Origin: Octopus bimaculoides
Lineage: Eukaryota
DNA length: 62,834 nt
Assembly (NCBI RefSeq): GCF_001194135.2
Contig: NC_068982.1
Coordinates: 146,278,336-146,341,169 of the forward strand
Reading direction: 5' to 3'
The notes under the pieces are model-generated. The model ran no database searches. It worked only from the letters and a program-made list of their open reading frames with translations, and had not been told where the DNA came from. Positions 13,544 to 25,265 of the stretch are shown one piece after another (position 1 is the stretch's first letter; each line of letters starts with the position of its first letter). Made by a program: the position numbers and the translations under genes.

Positions 13544-13909
13544 TGGCACTCCGTCCGTTACGATGACGAGGGTTCCAGTTGATCCCATCAACGGAACAGT
13601 TTGCACGTGAAATTAACGTGCAACTGGCTGAGCACACCACAGAGACGTGTACTCTTAACGTAGTTTTCGGGGAGATTCAACGTGATGCAGAGTGTGACAA
13701 GGCTGGCCCTTTGAAATAGAGGAAGAAAAAGTGAGAGAAAGTTGTGGTGAAAAATACACCAGAGTTCACCACCACCGCCTGCCAGAGCCTCCTGGAGCTT
13801 TTGGTATTTTCGCTCAATAAAGACTCACAACTCCCGTTCTGTGAATCGAAACCGGGATCCTGTGACCGCGAGTCCATTGCCCTAACCACTGGGCCATTGC
13901 TCCACCACT
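13541..13909 (-). mobile_element. tRNA-derived SINE family 3, head variant a
   Basis: tRNA-like head rc ..ggcccagtggttagggc..ggatcccggtttcgattcac. About 190 nt of 3' region is shared with 13914-14231 and 62675-62800. Confidence 0.85.
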
Positions 13910-13913
13910 GAAG

Positions 13914-14226
13914 GAGCACACCGTCGGTTACGACGAGGAGGGTCCCAGTTGATACAATCAACAGAACAGCTTGCTCATGAAGTTAACGTGCAAGTGGCTG
14001 AGCATTCCACAGACACATGTACCCTTAATGTAGTTCTGAGGGAGATTCGGCGTGACACAGTGTGACAAGGTTGGTCTTTTGAAATGCGGATACTACTCAT
14101 TTTTGCCAGTTGAGTGGACTGGAGCAACGTGAAAGTGTCTTGATCAAGGACACAACGCGTCGCCGGGAATTGAACTCAAGACCTTACGATCGTGATCCAA
14201 ATGCCCTAACCACTAAGTCACGCGCC

Positions 14227-14231
<5 letters not shown>
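13914..14231 (-). mobile_element. tRNA-derived SINE family 3, head variant b
   Basis: Head rc gaaggcgcgtgacttagtggttagggc..gagttcaattccc..tgtgtccttgatcaagacac, with the same 3' domain as the adjacent copy. Confidence 0.88.
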
Positions 14232-14272
<41 letters not shown>

Positions 14273-14685
14273 AATATTTATATANNNNNNNNNNNNNNNN
14301 NNNNNNNNNNNNNNNNNNNNNNNNNNNNNNNNNNNNNNNNNNNNNNNNNNNNNNNNNNNNNNNNNNNNNNNNNNNNNNNNNNNNNNNNNNNNNNNNNNNN
14401 NNNNNNNNNNNNNNNNNNNNNNNNNNNNNNNNNNNNNNNNNNNNNNNNNNNNNNNNNNNNNNNNNNNNNNNNNNNNNNNNNNNNNNNNNNNNNNNNNNNN
14501 NNNNNNNNNNNNNNNNNNNNNNNNNNNNNNNNNNNNNNNNNNNNNNNNNNNNNNNNNNNNNNNNNNNNNNNNNNNNNNNNNNNNNNNNNNNNNNNNNNNN
14601 NNNNNNNNNNNNNNNNNNNNNNNNNNNNNNNNNNNNNNNNNNNNNNNNNNNNNNNNNNNNNNNNNNNNNNNNNNNNNNNNNNNNN

Positions 14686-15480
14686 NGCCGGTATAAGAGA
14701 CTTTAACAGACTGTAATAAGTTGGCTGGTTTTCTGTCTTTTATACCAATTCCTTTGGACAGCAGCAGTAGGTGTTTGGCTATTTTTAGAATTGATGTCAA
14801 ATCTATTTTTAGAAATGATGATATTTTAATTTATTGTTTTTGTGTTTGGGTTGTAGGGATAAGATTTCTAGACTCCAGTAGGTGTTTGACTGTTCTTAGA
14901 AATGATGCCATATCTATTTATAGAAATGATGATATCTGAGAGATTTTTTGTGTTTTGGTTATAGGGATAAGATTTTTAAACCCCAAGTAAGATAAATTTA
15001 ATCATTGTTTGTTAAGAGTGGGTTTGAATTTCTTAATAAAGTCCTTTTCTAGGCATTTCCTTTCAATTTCATTCCGGTTGTAAAGTTTATGGAATGGAAA
15101 TATAATATATATATATATATACATGCATACACACATACATATATATATATGTATGCATATATATTATGTAGAAAACTGCTTTTTCCTTTTTTGCACGGTT
15201 CATTAAATATATAACCATGTTCAAGTTGGATATTTTGTTTGAGAATTTTTCGTATATCGTATCAACTGTTGGCAGTTAGTTTGGAATACTAGAGTTCGTA
15301 AATCCAGATCGAAGATTGTGAGACATTCACAATCATGTTTTCAATGATTGAATATATTTGTTGTTTTCTGTTGTCTGTTATATACTACTTGAATTCTTGA
15401 AGTTGTTTCCCCTCTACAAAGCAAACATTTTACAACTAGCATCATGTGCCTTCGGTGACGTATTCAGATAGTTGTCGCGA
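14686..15480 (-). mobile_element. Penelope-like element 3' part (GIY-YIG C-terminus plus terminal region with a ~110-bp internal duplication)
   Basis: Minus strand KRKCLEKDFIKKFKPTLNKQ* and upstream CKM..IENMIV..EPCKKGK remnants, split by a (TA)n run. Duplicated blocks at about 14766/14875 and 14811/14922. Confidence 0.55.
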
Positions 15481-15559
15481 TCAAATTTTGATAAGTAGTG
15501 TATCCTAAATATTTTTTGTTAGAAGCTAGTATTAATAATTTGAAACGCCTGTTGGCGTG

Positions 15560-15850
15560 AAAATTTTGGCATCTTACTAATACAAGTACATGCTTTCTCT
15601 AATTAATATTCTACATTTGTATTGCGTTTTATAAAGTATTTTCTGTTTATTCTCCAATCCAATTTCGTTTTGTTGAATGTTGTGAAATGTTGCGCAATAG
15701 GTCCATCTTTTAAATATATGGTGAGCATACGAGGGAGTGTTGTTCTGGTCTCTCCCAGCATCTGACCACAAGAATAACCTACGAATGGCTAACACCTGCT
15801 TTCTCAAAATAGGAGAGTAGAAGGTATCTCCAAGTATACAAATTCTTTGC
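15560..15850 (-). pseudogene. Second Penelope GIY-YIG endonuclease remnant
   Basis: GETRTTLPRMLTIYL.DGPI..H..KILYKTQ..CRILIRESMYL resembles YIGxTxTTLSRRLTMH..RLxIxEA. Confidence 0.45.
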
Positions 15851-16621
15851 TCCAGTCAATGTATCAAGTTATGATAACTAAGCTCGTACTATCTGAGAAC
15901 TCTCTAATAAATTAAGAAATCAATTCACAGGGAGGATAAGCTGTCAATTAGAGACTTCATAATAACGGATCGAGTGGCTAATATAATTAAGTCATTGAGT
16001 GAATTGAATACCTCAACATTTGATGGATGTTGGAAAATATATAAGGTCAGACCGTATCCATGACTTTACAAATTTTCTACAAGCAGAATGTCTTTAAAAA
16101 AAGAACTACCGAAGGTTATTGTGACATTTACAAATGGTATAAGATTTAAAGAAATCAGAGATACTGTGGATGAGTTGTTAATATTACATGGAGATCGATT
16201 ATCAAATAAACAAATCTTGCTGATAGAAGAAGAGCACTGGAAATAAAAATTAAGATTTAGAAACTCTAACAACTCTCCTCAATTTGAATGGGAACCAGTT
16301 TCTAAATGGTTGAGACTTACTGAAGTTCTGCATTTTTTACTGCTAATCACCCTAATCGTAAGCATAAACATTACAACAAAAAATCAGTTTCTACAATGAG
16401 CTGTACAAAGTGTAGGTGCACCATATATATCGAACGGTTTTGTATAAGTTCCTTGCCACGCAAGTAGTTGGTGATACTAAACTATAAAATAGAAGGCAAT
16501 ATCCCTCACCCTCGCAGTACCGTTCATCACACCACCATCTCTCGCAGAGTAGTCAACATCTTCTGTAATAAGTTCGTATCCTATTATGATAGTACAATTC
16601 TTATTATAATTTCCTAGCATA

Positions 16622-16830
16622 AGGTAGCGAGCTGGCAGAATTGTTAGCACGCCGAGCGAAATGATTAGCGGTATTTTGTCTGTCGCTACGTTCTGAGTTC
16701 AAACTCCGTTTCCTTTACCTTTTAACCTTTCGGGGCCGATAAACTAAGTACCAGTTGAACACTGGGGTTGATGTAATCGACACATCCCCTCCCCTAAAAT
16801 GGCTGCCGTTGTGACAAAATTTGAAAACCA
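16622..16830 (+). mobile_element. tRNA-derived SINE family 1, near full length
   Basis: A-box-like gagctggcagaattgttag, B-box gagttcaaactcc, body gataaactaagtaccagttgaacactggggttgatgtaatcgac, tail ..aaaatttgaaaacca. Confidence 0.9.
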
Positions 16831-17699
16831 TTAATTTCTTAACGTACTTCTCTTGAAATATTCCCGAGTATATATATTGCAACGTGTATGCCTATGCATA
16901 AAAGTAGTTCTGTTGGTTGGTTTTAATACTATTCTGGTTATGAAATGAAAATCAATGAAAATATTAATTTTACGATACGAGAACTTTTCCGGAATGCGTT
17001 TATTTATAACATTTTCATCATTCGTCTATAGTGCGTTTTATGAGACTTATTTCCTTTCTCGTAGAATATTTTGAAGACGGTATGGCTATATTTATTGTCG
17101 AAATACATATGATTTAATTTATTATAATGTTCAGATGCAGCCAATATATTTGTGTGGCAGCTCAGCCGATGTCTAGAATAGAGACATAAACCAAATACAT
17201 TTAAAAACACATTGAATATGTATAATGTAAATGGGGTAGAAGAAATAGAAATATTTATACAATTATGGATAGGTTAAATGAAATTATAATTAAGTACTGA
17301 TTTATGAAATCATTTTGAGGCAATTTTATAAGGTACTAATGTATGTCGAGTAAGATAAAAGCATCAACACTGATGAAAGCACCTATAATACTTTCAGAGT
17401 ATTAAGTTTTCTCCCTACGACATTCTTAAAACATGTAAAATATGTTACATATATATTATATAATACTTCGATATTGTGTGGACTAAGATCCACGTTGACA
17501 GGCCACTGGTATTTATAGAGTGTTAAATACTTTCGGTATGCAAATTAGGGACTCCTTCAGAGAGTAACTGCAGCCTTTGTTGAGTATATAAACAATTTGG
17601 CTGCTCGTTTCTCTGGAAACTCTCAGAATGATATATACGTCTCTAACGAGAACCCAATAACTTTCGAAAATCAAACCTTATTCAGTGAATCCACTCACA

Positions 17700-17862
17700 G
17701 CATCTACTAATAACAGAGACCTAGGTGTAATTTTAAGAACCTTCCGGTCCAGAGAACAAGGTGTCATTATTCCACTTTTCTCCTCCTTTGTACGGCCACA
17801 CATCGAATACGGCTGCCCCTTGTGGTCTCCGCAGGAAAAAAAAGCATCTCGAAAATTGAACC
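17700..17862 (+). mobile_element. CR1/L2-clade LINE RT C-terminal fragment
   Basis: LGVILRTFRSRE..IIPLFSSFVRPHIEYGCPLWSP, the RPHLEY..WSP motif. Confidence 0.8.
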
Positions 17863-17995
17863 ACCCCAGAGAGCACTCACTGGTATTTATTTTATCGACC
17901 CCGAAAGATAAACGACAAATCGACCAAGGCGGAAACGAAAAGACGGACGAAATACTGCTAAGCATTTTGCCAGACATGCTAACACTTCTATCAGT
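17863..17995 (-). mobile_element. SINE family 1 partial copy
   Basis: ctggtatttattttatcgaccccgaaaga..gacggacgaaatactgctaagcatttt..gctaac. Confidence 0.75.
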
Positions 17996-18614
17996 CTTAT
18001 TTTAAAATTAAATATTAGCTACTGTATACACCTTCACAGTATGGAACACTTAGCATATCAATTTTTTTCTCTAAAAGAAATAGCTCTCAAAATCTAAGGT
18101 TTAATTAACATATCGCTAGTTAAATGATGCTGATAATTTCTAACAGAACGAGATAGCGACTTATATGGTTATGCCCGAATAGGAGTGTTAGGGACTGTGT
18201 CATAAGCACGTTTATAAAGTGGAAGTAGATTTGAATATGGTAATTTCTTGTCCGTCTTGCTTACTTTCAAATTCAAATTCTTAATGCCGCTAGTTATTGA
18301 AAAGAAATGCTCCTCTCCTGTGAGGTGACAGCATAACGACAATAGGTATGCACATACACACTCACACACATACATATACACATACATGCACATACACACA
18401 CATATATAAGGATATATATATATATATATATATATATANNNNNNNNNNNNNNNNNNNNNNNNNNNNNNNNNNNNNNNNNNNNNNNNNNNNNNNNNNNNNN
18501 NNNNNNNNNNNNNNNNNNNNNNNNNNNNNNNNNNNNNNNNNNNNNNNNNNNNNNNNNNNNNNNNNNNNNNNNNNNNNNNNNNNNNNNNNNNNNNNNNNNN
18601 NNNNNNNNNNNNNT

Positions 18615-18645
<31 letters not shown>

Positions 18646-21474
18646 AAATAATTTACAAAAATATCAGTGGCCAGCATGCGTAAAAGAACCATAAAGACAA
18701 AATTATTAATTAATAATGAAGAGTGCTATTTCTAGCACCAGCAAAACAACTCAAAACCACAGTTTCCACTTGTACACAAGGGGGAAATCGAGGGAACGAG
18801 CAGTAAAATTTTAAGACCCCGTACCCTAGATGAAAATTATCGAAAATGAAAATCAGACATATCCATATCACAACGATTTCGAACTTTGTGAATAATCACT
18901 TAGTTCTCGTCAGTGAGTAATAGTGACCGAGGGCTAAAACCATACCCGCTTGTAGCATATATATTAATATCATCTGTGCAATTACGTTATGGCGTGCATT
19001 TCAAAGTTCCTCAAAGGTCATCGGCTACCATGTTGAAGACTGTGACTTAGATACAGTGGAATCACAGAGCTAGTCATCTGTATGTTTAATAGTAAAAACG
19101 CACTCGGAGAAATCATATAGTAAGAAATGGAAATGAATTCAAATCCTGGATTGAAAGAATCGGTGCAGCGTATCGAATTGTTTAATAGAGCCTGGTCATG
19201 GAAGGAGAGGATTCAGGCAGGCACAATTTGGTCTCCAATCTATCCAACAATCAAGTTGGCATGGTTAATAGTCATTTTACCCCCCCCCCCTAACAAAACC
19301 AGTAATCTACCGATAATATTTTCTATACAAAGAGAAACATCCAGAAATAGTGTGGAGCTCTATTAGATACAAAAGGGCGAGGAAACCAACATCAGTGTTC
19401 TTATAAAGAAAATCATCAATCGCTACTTGATGTGGATACTTAACACGTGAAATTTGAAACAAAAATGTATTGAAATTCACTCTGCAACAACTTCTTACAG
19501 GGGAATAAATATTGCACCTTGCTGCATATATACCAAAAATGTGTAGTAAATCTATGCATAAAACCTATGTATTCAATTTGTTCTAAGCATAGCATTATTA
19601 TCCTGAATATATTTCCTTGCCTTTACAAGAATAAGTTTAAATTACTTAAGAAATAACAAAGGAAGGCGTATCGTATTTTCTTACAGTGAAGCGAAACATA
19701 TCGAAGCCACTTAGGTCATGGAAGATATATATATATATATATATATATANNNNNNNNNNNNNNNNNNNNNNNNNNNNNNNNNNNNNNNNNNNNNNNNNNN
19801 NNNNNNNNNNNNNNNNNNNNNNNNNNNNNNNNNNNNNNNNNNNNNNNNNNNNNNNNNNNNNNNNNNNNNNNNNNNNNNNNNNNNNNNNNNNNNNNNNNNN
19901 NNNNNNNNNNNNNNNNNNNNNNNNNNNNNNNNNNNNNNNNNNNNNNNNNNNNNNNNNNNNNNNNNNNNNNNNNNNNNNNNNNNNNNNNNNNNNNNNNNNN
20001 NNNNNNNNNNNNNNNNNNNNNNNNNNNNNNNNNNNNNNNNNNNNNNNNNNNNNNNNNNNNNNNNNNNNNNNNNNNNNNNNNNNNNNNNNNNNNNNNNNNN
20101 NNNNNNNNNNNNNNNNNNNNNNNNNNNNNNNNNNNNNNNNNNNNNNNNNNNNNNNNNNNNNNNNNNNNNNNNNNNNNNNNNNNNNNNNNNNNNNNNNNNN
20201 NNNNNNNNNNNNNNNNNNNNNNNNNNNNNNNNNNNNNNNNNNNNNNNNNNNNNNNNNNNNNNNNNNNNNNNNNNNNNNNNNNNNNNNNNNNNNNNNNNNN
20301 NNNNNNNNNNNNNNNNNNNNNNNNNNNNNNNNNNNNNNNNNNNNNNNNNNNNNNNNNNNNNNNNNNNNNNNNNNNNNNNNNNNNNNNNNNNNNNNNNNNN
20401 NNNNNNNNNNNNNNNNNNNNNNNNNNNNNNNNNNNNNNNNNNNNNNNNNNNNNNNNNNNNNNNNNNNNNNNNNNNNNNNNNNNNNNNNNNNNNNNNNNTA
20501 TATATATATATATATATATATGAAGTATTCTGTTATAGGAATGGCTTCAACGAAAGTAATTCAGTTAATCGTCGGAGTTAACTTACTGTAAAATATATTC
20601 GATGATCATAGGAAAATGATATTTTGCGCACTTGCATATTCTGAAACAAGTAGACTTGTGATTACTGTTTATTGCACAGTTACTGAAAACCTACTTTAGA
20701 ATGAAGATATTTTGTAATATATACTTCGTGAAACAAGCTCTGATGATATACAATCATTCTATAACATACTACCTAAATTTACGTTTGTTACTGTATAATA
20801 TGTATAAACAGACTGTCTTCCAATCTAATTGATTTCGTTTGGAAAGAAAATAGATTCAATTATTTGCTGACTAGATGTCTACACGTTACAGATGTTTAAC
20901 TAGCTATCAAATATACAATTCCAAGCTAGAATGATTAAAATACACAGACTTATAGAGAAAGACTTCTCAGCAAATTAATGCATACACGTTTTCATTTCAA
21001 TGTAGCGAATCTGATCGAAATGCAATTACAAATCGTACTTATGTGAAGAAATAGACTTTTCCAGATAACTTGTATTATTTTATTAAGATATTTTCGTACA
21101 AATTCCAACTATTTCTGGAATGTTATAACTCTAGAGATAATTTTAGATATTTATGTACCACAATGGAATATAGATGTGAAGATTCAAAAACTGTCAGTAA
21201 ATGGGGAATTCTATGTTTTCAATATGAATTTACAAAATTCATTGAATATGATGTTTTCATCCCTCCAATTTCATAGAGGTTATGTGCCCCCGACCATTTG
21301 AGAGTAACCAGGAACCTAAGCGCTTTGCACGTTCGAAACAATGGTCATTCTGTGACCGGCCGCAATAAACAACCTTCTAAATATTACTACACTAATTGTT
21401 TACAGTGTGCTTCTTTACAAATGTATGATGTATTAATCCCCCACACTCACATAGGTATGTATGTATATATAGAT

Positions 21475-21547
<73 letters not shown>

Positions 21548-22446
21548 TCAGTGTGTTGTATATGGGTCAAAGCATTTTGAAATTTATAGAGAATCTGTGT
21601 ATTATAGAAGAGGATAGCAACGCAGTTCACAAATTAAATATTTACGATAACAAATACAAGGAGATTTAAATGCTTGATTTAAATATCAATATTGTGTTGG
21701 CGCTACCAGATCATATTTAGAAGTTAAATTACGTGTCTATCATATGGATGTGTTGGCTCACTTATTGAGTTGCAGAATTTCGAGCTGTAATTTCTGCCCT
21801 TGAGGATATTGCAGTTAGTTTGGGATGACGTATTCAAAGATGGAAATCATTCGAATCTCGTGACACATGTAATCTTCATAGAAGCCACTGGCAACCATTC
21901 AAATGTAGACGTTTGTTAATTACTTACTCGCATTTTCCTGGATCATTCTCAATAAAAATCGGAATCATTGCTCATAAAAAGATCTTGCGAAATGCTTCCG
22001 AGAGACTTAAATGCCCGTCTGTATAAGGTGCATTCAACACGTTCTATGAGCTTAGTAAGTTTGGGAACTACTAACTCTTAAGATCCGTTGCCAATATTGC
22101 ATACAAGTGACTCATTATACACTTACGTTTGACTCATATCTTAAATTCTGACCAAAGGTTTCTTACTATATACTGACAAATTTGCAACAATTCCAGAAGA
22201 CTCAATAGAAACAACAATCTGGTTGTGTGTACGAAATTTTACCAATATTAAGTTGATAAAGCATCTGTTTCTTCTGTAGCCCCGAGCATGATCACTAACC
22301 CTTCCTCACATGTTAGATATTACCAGTTACTTTACCTACTATAAGTATATATTTTCTGGAGATTACAGGGATAAATTTAGTGGACTTATCGTTCATGGTG
22401 ATGAATATTACATGTTTGTCTGAGGAAACCAGAAGTATAGCACATG

Positions 22447-22815
22447 AGTTTATTATTATAATAATTATTATTATTATTTTTCAGTAGTTTTATTTTTATA
22501 ACGTGCTTTCACTTCACTACCGAGCGCAGCTCTGTGCGCCTTGGGTATGTGCTGTGGTTTGCTGTGGTGCTCTTATGTTTACTGTATTGAAAGTGTTTTG
22601 CGTAGAATGTGTGCAGTACCCAGTAGTGCAATTTTCTGTATGTTATATATATTTGTAAGTCCTGCTATTTTTGTTATGTATTTGTCTGAATATTTTTTAT
22701 TATACCTAAGGCACCTACTATGATAGGAATTGTTTCTGTTTTTAGATTCCACATTCGAGTTATCTCTATTTCCAGGTCTTTGTATTTTGAAAGTTTTTCC
22801 ATTTCTTTTAGAGAA
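22447..22815 (-). mobile_element. R4/Dong-like non-LTR retrotransposon 3' end with (AAT)n tail; continues into gap 22816-23140
   Basis: KYKDLEIEITRMWNLKTETIPIIVGALG (frameshift) IKKYSDKYITKIAGLTNIYNIQKIALLGTAHILRKTLSIQ*, then a 3'UTR and (AAT)n. (AAT)n also lies on the far side of the gap (23143-23222). Confidence 0.88.
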
Positions 22816-23142
22816 NNNNNNNNNNNNNNNNNNNNNNNNNNNNNNNNNNNNNNNNNNNNNNNNNNNNNNNNNNNNNNNNNNNNNNNNNNNNNNNNNNNNN
22901 NNNNNNNNNNNNNNNNNNNNNNNNNNNNNNNNNNNNNNNNNNNNNNNNNNNNNNNNNNNNNNNNNNNNNNNNNNNNNNNNNNNNNNNNNNNNNNNNNNNN
23001 NNNNNNNNNNNNNNNNNNNNNNNNNNNNNNNNNNNNNNNNNNNNNNNNNNNNNNNNNNNNNNNNNNNNNNNNNNNNNNNNNNNNNNNNNNNNNNNNNNNN
23101 NNNNNNNNNNNNNNNNNNNNNNNNNNNNNNNNNNNNNNNTTC

Positions 23143-23222
<80 letters not shown>
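23143..23222. repeat. (TTA)n microsatellite, representative. Others at 27410-27497, 30105-30175, 30231-30308 and 62205-62275; many (TA)n, (CA)n, (ATGT)n and (GATA)n runs throughout.
   Basis: Direct reading. These runs explain the poly-I, Y, L, N, HT and CV pseudo-ORFs. Confidence 0.99.
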
Positions 23223-23223
<1 letters not shown>

Positions 23224-25265
23224 ACAAGTCGAAGAGCGCGATGTGATTGCAATATATATTTTATTGGTTGAACGATATTTCGACAGCAAACCTGTCTTTC
23301 TCGAGTTCAAAATAAAAAGTGATAAACATTCAAAATTATACAAACTCAAATCTAAAGTATGAACGAGAGCAACCAGCGTCCACACGTTGATGGAATGACA
23401 TCATCAGTTTTTAAGTTTCAATTTTATAACAGGCAAAAAGAAAAATACAGAAAGAAAGAGGAAAGAAAAGGAAAAAGAATAATATTTAATAAAAGAGTTT
23501 TGTATAAATTTAATGACATTCTGTCATTTTATTCATTCCTCCAGGGCGTGATGTTAACAACTCCGAAACTTATTTCTCCTCATGCATTTTGAGAAGTGAA
23601 TGTGAAGCAGAATCAGAATATTTTCTGAGAATATACACTTTCAAGGCTTTTTCGAAATTGCAGCCGTTTGAAGCAAAATGTTAAACATGCTCTGTCGAAC
23701 TACTGTTATTGTGCCTGAGATCATATCGATGCCCTTTAAATATTTTGTTTAATTGTTCTGTTTTGCAACCAACGTAAATCAAGTTGTTTCGTGCATTCTG
23801 GCACGTACACCAAATGGGAATCTCTACATGTTCCACCTTCTGTATAAATCATAACATTTCTGTTATAATTCCTGATAGAATTCACTTGATTCATCTTGTT
23901 GAACACTGAACAAGGCTTCCCTCTCTTGCGGCTGTTTTTCAAGGTACAACGTGCAGATACTCCAATGTTACTTTTCTGGGATTCAGAAATAGTGGTCAGT
24001 AATTCTCTTATGTTCTTAGTCCGTCTAAAGTCTACAATAGGCGGCTGAGGAAATATCTGTTTGAAACGAAGATATTTTTCGTTACATGCTGGTAACTTTC
24101 ATGCAACGCTTTTGAAATGCTAGCGAAATTTCGGTGCCAGTTAATCCCTAAAGAAATTCTGTCACATATTGTATTGCATTTGTTAAAATTATGCGTGAAG
24201 GTGTGACTGTCTTTACTAATCTTTGGTATTTCATTTGCTTTGCTGTTCCCTTTAATCGTGATTCACTGTAACTGCGTTTGAAATGATAATGTAGAAAGGC
24301 ATTTGGATGTTTCCAGTAATCCCCTATGTCTGTACAAATCCGTTTTATCTTCAAATTTTGGATTTGACCGAGTCATGTAATGTGGATGATCGGAGCGGCG
24401 GTGGAGGTAAATGTGGGATGACGTGGGCTTGCAAAATAACTTTGTCACAATTTTGTCTCTAGAAAACGTAACTTTTGTGTCCAAAAATTCAACGCTAGTT
24501 ATTGAAAAACTGGACGTAAATTTTATGTTGGCCTTAAAGCCATAGCTTTTAGCATAAAAGTCACAGAAATGCAAGAAGTCAGTTAATCTATCTTGTGATC
24601 CTTCCCAGACAAAAAAGACGTCATCAATGAAATGTAATCAGAGTATTGGTTCATAACCATGTAGGGATTTGAATGTCTTCAGAAATTGTCTCGAATTTCG
24701 TCATGGTACACCCCCTCGTTTGGTGGTAAAATTTTTGTTCAAACTTTATTGTGTTACTTTGTAACACAAACCTCAATAACCTACTGAGAAAGTTTGATGG
24801 GATACTTCTTTGACCGCTCTTTGAAGGCATCCATGCATGCTTCATCGTGGTTAATATTGAGATATAAGTAAGAATCATCCATGGTTACCAAAAAACAGTT
24901 TTCGACATGGCTTCGGTGCTTAAAAAAGTTGTTGAATTTAGACACAAACTCAAAAGTATCCCGAATATAGGAACTCGATCTTTTTACGACAGAGAGTAAA
25001 AAGCCATCCAGCCATTCCGAAATCTTGACTGTACAGCATTCATACCCGCTGCAAATTGGGCGTTTTGGAGGAAATCTTTCGAACTTTTTGTGTATTTTAG
25101 GAAGAACATAAAATACAGGTGCTCTTTCTGACAGCATAATCCTGGATTCGGTCATATTAATGAAATTGTTTTCCTCCATTTTCAAAATTATTTTGTCATG
25201 TTTCTCTCTGCAATTGGGGTTTGGATCGGCAGGTAATTCTTCATATGACGTTTTTTCGCTTAAAA
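23222..25265 (-). mobile_element. Penelope-like element (Neptune-like): RT, GIY-YIG and 3' terminal repeat; 5'-truncated and decayed
   Basis: SYEELPADP, APVFYVLPKIHK..PPKRPICSG..KISEWLD..SYIRDT, VEFLDTKV..KPTSSHIYLH..SDHP, PQPPI..RRTKN, C..C..VY..ECTK..GHRYD. Ends in a hammerhead-bearing repeat and (AAT)n. Confidence 0.9.
23268..23310 (-). ncRNA. Minimal hammerhead ribozyme, U3-A8 core variant, predicted AUC cleavage site
   Basis: rc reads UUGAAC UCGAGAA A GACAG GUUUG CUGUC GAAA U AUC GUUCAA: 6-bp stem I, 5-bp stem II, palindromic AUAU stem III. Confidence 0.75.

Noticed and set aside
15900-16480. Coding-like plus-strand frame (KKELPKVIVTFTNGIRFKEIRDTVDELL..)
   Set aside because: No recognisable family motif and multiple stops. 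It is probably a TE relic but unassignable.
16622-16720. SINE heads as tRNA genes
   Set aside because: A and B boxes are present but no complete cloverleaf, and they are followed by SINE bodies.
17360-17400. ctgatga core (also tcatcag at 12251)
   Set aside because: No stem II-GAAA partner.
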